DNA of 64,000 bases from Azolla caroliniana. Its lineage: Eukaryota > Plantae > Polypodiophyta. The notes under the pieces are model-generated. The model did no database searches. It saw nothing but the letters and a program-made list of their open reading frames with translations, and was not told the origin of the DNA. The stretch is taken from the NCBI GenBank assembly GCA_043228905.1, contig JBHGNT010000016.1, forward strand, positions 16,554,001 to 16,618,000. The letters are read 5' to 3'. A program made the translations under genes and the position numbers. Shown here one piece after another: positions 58,798 through 64,000 of this stretch; within the stretch, counting starts at the first letter, position 1, and every line of letters begins with the position of its first letter.

Positions 58798-60969
58798 ATA
58801 TGCCAGTCAATGCATCCTCTTGATTGATGAAAGTGAACCAGAGTGCAATGATGAAGCCATTGTTGATGAGCACAGAGAGAAATGGCTGAGTGCGATGCAA
58901 GATGATATGGACTCCTTGCATGAAAACTACACCTACGACCTAGTAGAGTTGTTGAAAGGTAAGAGAGCACTCAGGAACAAATGGGTCTACAAGGTAAAGA
59001 CAGGAGAAGCCGACAACACGCCCAGGTATAAAGCCCGTATAGTGGTGAAGGGGTTTCAACAGAAAAAGGGCATCAACTTCGACGAGATATTCGCACCAGT
59101 CGTGAAAATGACATCCATCCGAACTATTCTGAGCATAGCTGCTAGGATGAACTTGGAGATCAAACATCTGGATGTCAAAATGGCATTCTTACATGGGAAG
59201 CTGGATGAAGATATTTACATGCAGCAACCCAAGGGCTTTGTAGAGAAAGGGAAAGAGAACCTGGTATGTCGACTGAAGAAAAGCTTGTATGGTTTGAAAC
59301 AAGCTCCACGCCAATGTTTCAAGAAGTTTGAATCCTTCATGGTGGAACATGGGTTCTAAATAACACAGGCTGATCACTGTGTGTTCGTAAAAAGGTACAA
59401 CGATGGAAACTTCTTGATTCTCTTGTTATATGTGGATGACATGTTGATAGTCGGTAAAGATACAAAGAAAATCGGAAGCTTGAAGAAAACTCTGCGCAAA
59501 TCTTTTGCCATGAAAGATCTTGGACTGGCTAAACAAATCTTGAGGATGCACATAGTTTGAGACAAAACTAAGAAGTTGCTATGGTTGTCAAAAGAGAAGT
59601 ACGTGAAGAAAATCCTTGAAAGATTCAACATGTCGAATGCAAAGCCGGTTGGCTTGGTGTTTGCCAACAAACAACAGGTTGAATGCTAAACAATGCCTGA
59701 AAGGGGAGAAAGAAAAGGCTGAGATGAGGAAACTACCATATGCCTCAACCGTCGGCAATCTTATGTATGCTATGGTTTGCACAAGCCAGACATAGCATTT
59801 GTTGTGGGAGCAGTAAGCCGATATATGAGTAATCCAAGAAGAGAACACTGGGCAACAATGAAATGGATACTGAGGTGCTTGAAAAGCACCTCTCAGGTAT
59901 GCCTTAGGTATGGTGTTGGAAAACCTATGCTCAAAGGATTTACCGACTCAAACATGTCGGGGGATGTAGAGTCAAGTCGATCCACATCAGGATATGTGTT
60001 GACTTATGCAAGGGGAGCAGTGTTGTGGCAATCATGACTGCAGAAATCTGTAGCCTTGTCGACTATAGAGGCGGAGTATATGGCAGCAGTAGACGCCAAC
60101 AAAGAGCTAATTTGGATGAGAAATTTCCTCAGTGAGTTGGGAATGAAGCAAAGGGATTTTTTGCTTCATTGTGACAGCCTGAGTGCCATACATCTAGCCA
60201 AGAATGTTGCATACCACTCCCAGACTAAGCATATACAAAGGAGGTATCACTGGTTGCGGGAGAAAGTCGAAGAAGGAGAGTTTACTCTCTTAAAGATCCA
60301 TACCGACGAAAATGGATCCAACATGATGACTAAGAGCCTGCCAATGGATAGACTTAGAGTTTGTCGACAGAGGACCGAACTAACTTACTCCCTCGCACTG
60401 GAGTGAAGGGGGAGTTTGTTGGGAATATGTCCCTCCAGTGGGCAAAGCTGACTGATCGAGCCGACCAGAGCCGAAAATTGAAGACAAGGAGGAGCCGACT
60501 GTTCGGAAGTAGCTGATAGTCGAAGAGTCGACAATAGAGAGTCAGTTATTAAACTGCTTATTATTATTATAGTTAATAGTAATAGCAATGATATGTATCC
60601 GTGGCTCCATTTGTAAACAATCCATATAGGGTATGAGTATAAATACACTTAGGGCAATACTTTTATATGTGTGTGTAGCTGTAGAAACAGTTGGTGAGCG
60701 AGAGAACAAGAGTGAGTGAGAGCGGTGCTACAGCTATGTGTGTGCAGCTATAGACGACAAGAGCCATGTGTGGCAACTACACTCGACAAAAAGAGTGTTG
60801 TAATCCTCTCCAGATTGTATACCCACTATATAGTGAAGATTCGTTCTCCCGTGGTTTTCTCCCGTTTTAGGCTTTCCACGTTAAATATATGTGCACTATT
60901 TTGCTAGTGAGTCAGTGTTATGTAATTCAGGGCATTTGTTTTCGTGGATTCACAATTTGATTCTCTACA

Positions 60970-61735
60970 TGAGAGACAAATAGAGAGAGACCTCAGAAGA
61001 AGAAGCTATATTAGTGAAAATATAATTACATCCAGCAATAACTAAGTTACAAAATGTTGGTTTAAATACCAACTAATTTAGGGCAAATACCGATTCAAAC
61101 AAGACATAAGATGAATTGGAGATAGTCGATTCAATCGAGGAGTTTGATTCGGGAGAGCCGCGTTGTATGACGAGCAAGCGGAGGAGAGGGCAGCCGAAGC
61201 CAAACATCAAAACGAAGGATTAGACGTGTCAAGGGGCACCGATGTCATGACAACGAAGGAGCTGAGATGAGCCCGACAAGCAGACAAGCCAACCGTAAGG
61301 GTCGAGGTGCAAAGAACTAAATGAGTCAAAGGTGCCTTGGACCTTAGGGATCATGGGATGAAGAACTAGACTGAACATGCAATGTGAGCTAGGTGGGAGG
61401 ATGCTAGAAGGAGTCGGTTACAAAGACTGGCTACATCTAACAGAATGGACCGACGTCAAGTTGAGCTTCAGGGGGAGCGTTGAGCAAGCACACTCAACAT
61501 GGGTCCAACTAGCTAGACAAGCTGGTAGGTAAGACCGGAGTCAATCTTGTTGGCTAGGCCAAGTTTCTGGACTAGATGCTAGATCAACTATAAAAGCTAG
61601 ATACCAAATCCGGATGATGGACCGGCTGAGGACGTCGTCCAGAACGTCGCACATGCCAACCTATTTTATTAAATAGGTCCAACGTAGGCAATTAGTGTCA
61701 AATGCTTCTTTAAGAGCATTGAAGTACATGTCAGT
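60970..61735 (+). mobile_element. Old Copia 3' tail, PPT and partial LTR (D/E-related)
   Basis: CAAGTTGAGCTTCAGGGGGAG followed by CGTTGAG..CTCAACAT at 61478 matches E 37580-37622. Confidence 0.65.
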
Positions 61736-63133
61736 ACTTCTTAACCTTTTTATAGGTAGTTTGTATTGTAGTATTCTATACACGAGGACAACACTGTGAG
61801 AGTTGACCGAGAGTGTAAAGATGGGAGGATTACTTTTAATCCTAGGGATTGAGATAACCCTTAACAGCCATGTGTGAACTTGTCTAGGGGCCTTAGGCCT
61901 GCTTATAAACATGAAGCCTACCTATCCTCATGGAAGACATTATTCGACTATTCGACTATGTTGAAACTGTGATTTTGTGGTTAACAAACTATTGTGGGGA
62001 GCGCACACCGGTACCATGTATGATTCAATGCCATGGTGGTGGTATAGGATACAATACAAGGAATCGGGTCCTTCACAATCCCTTCAGTCAAGGGAGGTTG
62101 AGTGAATTGACACTCCTCATTCTCTCTGTTTCTCTTTACAATCTTTTATCTATTTCCTTATTTTATGCCGACATTAAAAATACTCTCTAATATGTGGCAT
62201 TAGAGTGACTTTCCTATGTTTCTTTTGTTGATTTTTGTTTTCTTTTTTATTCTGATCAATCGATGTTCGTCTGAGGGTTGATCCAGAAAGTCATTCACAA
62301 AAGAACTTCAGTATTTCCTTTTTTTCATCAAAAAAAATAATATTTTTATTCTTTCTTCTCTCATTCTTAAAACATGTTTAGTTCAACTATGTTGTATTGG
62401 TCATATTTATAAAACATACATAAATTATGTATATGTATGTGTTTTATGTCATTATTGCGTATTACATATGTTATTACATTTGATATGACGTCAATACCTC
62501 AATTGTGTATTACCTACGCTTATATATTTTGGATGTTGTATGTGCGTAGAGGCTACATGCGTGGATAACATTATTCATTTGTTTATGTTTTGTTAATGAT
62601 TTTTTTGTATATTCATCTTTAAAAACTTTCCTAACTTTTCATTACAAGAGTGTGATATTTTAAAGAGGAGAGTATGTTACAAGCATTACTATAATTTTAT
62701 CATGTGGTAACTTGTATTGTAGTATTCTACAAGTGAGGATAAAAGCGTGAGAGTTAATTGAGAGTGTAAAGAATGGAGGACTATTTTTAATCCTAAGGAT
62801 TGAGACAACCGATAAGGCTAAGTGCGAACTTGCCTGGAGGCCTTAGGTTTGGTTATAAATATGAGGCCTAGATATCCTCATGGAAGACATTATTCGATTA
62901 TGTTGAGATTGTAATCTTGTAGTGAATCAACTCTTCTGGCGAGCGTGTGCCAATACTAAGTAAGACTCAATGTCATGGTAGTGGTATGGGACGCCATTCA
63001 AGGCTTGGGTGTGTCTCAATTCCCTCACTCGGGGGTGGTCGGGTTATTTGACACCGTTCTTTCTCTCTCTTTCTCTTTACAATCTTTTATCTATTTCTTT
63101 ATTTTATGCTTAGACTAGAAATAATCTCTAACA
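61729..63133 (+). mobile_element. Old TRIM-like non-coding LTR element (left end approximate)
   Basis: Diverged direct repeats ~61729-62192 and 62675-63133, degenerate iMet PBS TGGCATTAGAGT at 62195, PPT AAAGAGGAGAG at 62662, ~480-bp AT-rich interior. Confidence 0.75.
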
Positions 63134-64000
63134 AGAAGCCATGGGCTCAAGGTGAAGCACGACATTGTTTATCCATCCTCGTGACAACATTTAGTACACC
63201 AATTAGATACATTCCATCTATTATAGCCAATGCTTGAATCCAATTCATATATGATGAAGAGTCGTGACAAAGAACATCCCTATGTAATCTTCACGCCAAA
63301 GAATGACATCCCAATTGAACTCCCAATCGTCATTGCGATGCAAATAAGCACGTCCACTTCAAACTCACTCATAATTGAATGATATTCTACGAGGAAACAT
63401 TCCTTTTGCTTTGTTGAGATGAAGATGTGTGGACTCTTTGAATGTTGTTGAATCAACACACCATTACACTATGAGGAGCACAAGTGTATTTCCTAAACAT
63501 ACTGCGTAATAATCACACACAAAGTATAAACGTTCACAAGCATACTTGTACAAACTAAAGAGGGAAGATCGCATGAATCATGATTGACACCAACATGCCC
63601 ATTCAAATTTCGTAATCCTTCATGGAAAAAGCCATCAACTCCATCTCCTCAAGTTCAAGTTCGTACATCATTCACACCCTTCTCATCAATTCTCCCGTCA
63701 TCAACTTTATCTGTGTGTAAATGTGTGTGTTGTGGTTGTCTAATTGAGTAAATATGGTTGTGCAATGTCCAAATGTACATGCTAATATATATGTGTATGA
63801 CATGATGTTTTTATTAGTAAATGATGGTAACACAATATCACTATGCATTGTATATGTTTCACTAGAAATGTGAGCATTAATTTGTCTATCTAAGTGTGTA
63901 GTTTATGTGAATTTAAACATGGGTTTTAAGTGTCTAGGGGTCTTGGGATGAGTGTTTAAGTTTCTCGAAGAGATGAGGAAGCTTTACATAGGAGTTTTGA

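Larger units (their letters stand above)
25700..60969 (+). mobile_element. Element I: degenerate Tnt1-like Ty1/Copia, 5'-truncated, split by E and J (pieces 25700-27587, 38023-38408, 58798-60969)
   Basis: Gag/PR/INT 25700-27587; the frame YMHVPK|DQRSKLD rejoins across E; RT-RH 58798-60406; PPT GAAGGGGGAG; 3' LTR from 60417 to ~60969 (end approximate). Confidence 0.85.

Noticed and set aside
62675-63133. Cassandra-type 5S rRNA domain in the TRIM-like LTR
   Set aside because: No recognisable 5S A-box/C-box sequence.
63134-63700. Possible degenerate coding fragment on the minus strand
   Set aside because: Multiple stops and no motif I can recognise; needs a translated homology search.

Overview
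The window is a gene-free stack of nested LTR retrotransposons from a plant-type genome. Tcn1-like self-priming chromoviruses suggest a non-seed plant, which is an inference. Boundaries were resolved by hand from TG..CA termini, primer binding sites (PBS), polypurine tracts (PPT) and target-site duplications (TSD). Two nests were found: Copia C contains a solo LTR and Gypsy B, B contains chromovirus A, and A contains young non-autonomous G; Copia I contains Copia E (itself containing full-length chromovirus K) and Gypsy J (containing odd element X and near-intact Copia H). Also present are internally deleted Copia D, deleted chromovirus F, a solo Copia LTR flanked by a 525-bp duplication, and an old TRIM-like element. 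The most unusual signals are four. (1) In the J/X lineage a copy of a tRNA-Arg-like 3' end (...CCCAC.GGCGTGCCA) sits where the PPT should be. (2) X is a 5.4-kb insertion with a perfect 5-bp TSD but two different, outward-facing LTR-like ends. (3) tRNA-like Pol III A/B-box modules lie antisense in U3 of four LTR families. (4) F carries an inverted R-U5 segment fused to its self-primer. Heat-shock elements and a -1 frameshift signal were also seen in the chromoviruses. No host genes, rRNA, intact tRNA genes or CRISPR arrays were found. tRNA identities are recalled from plant tRNA sequences, not database-checked.
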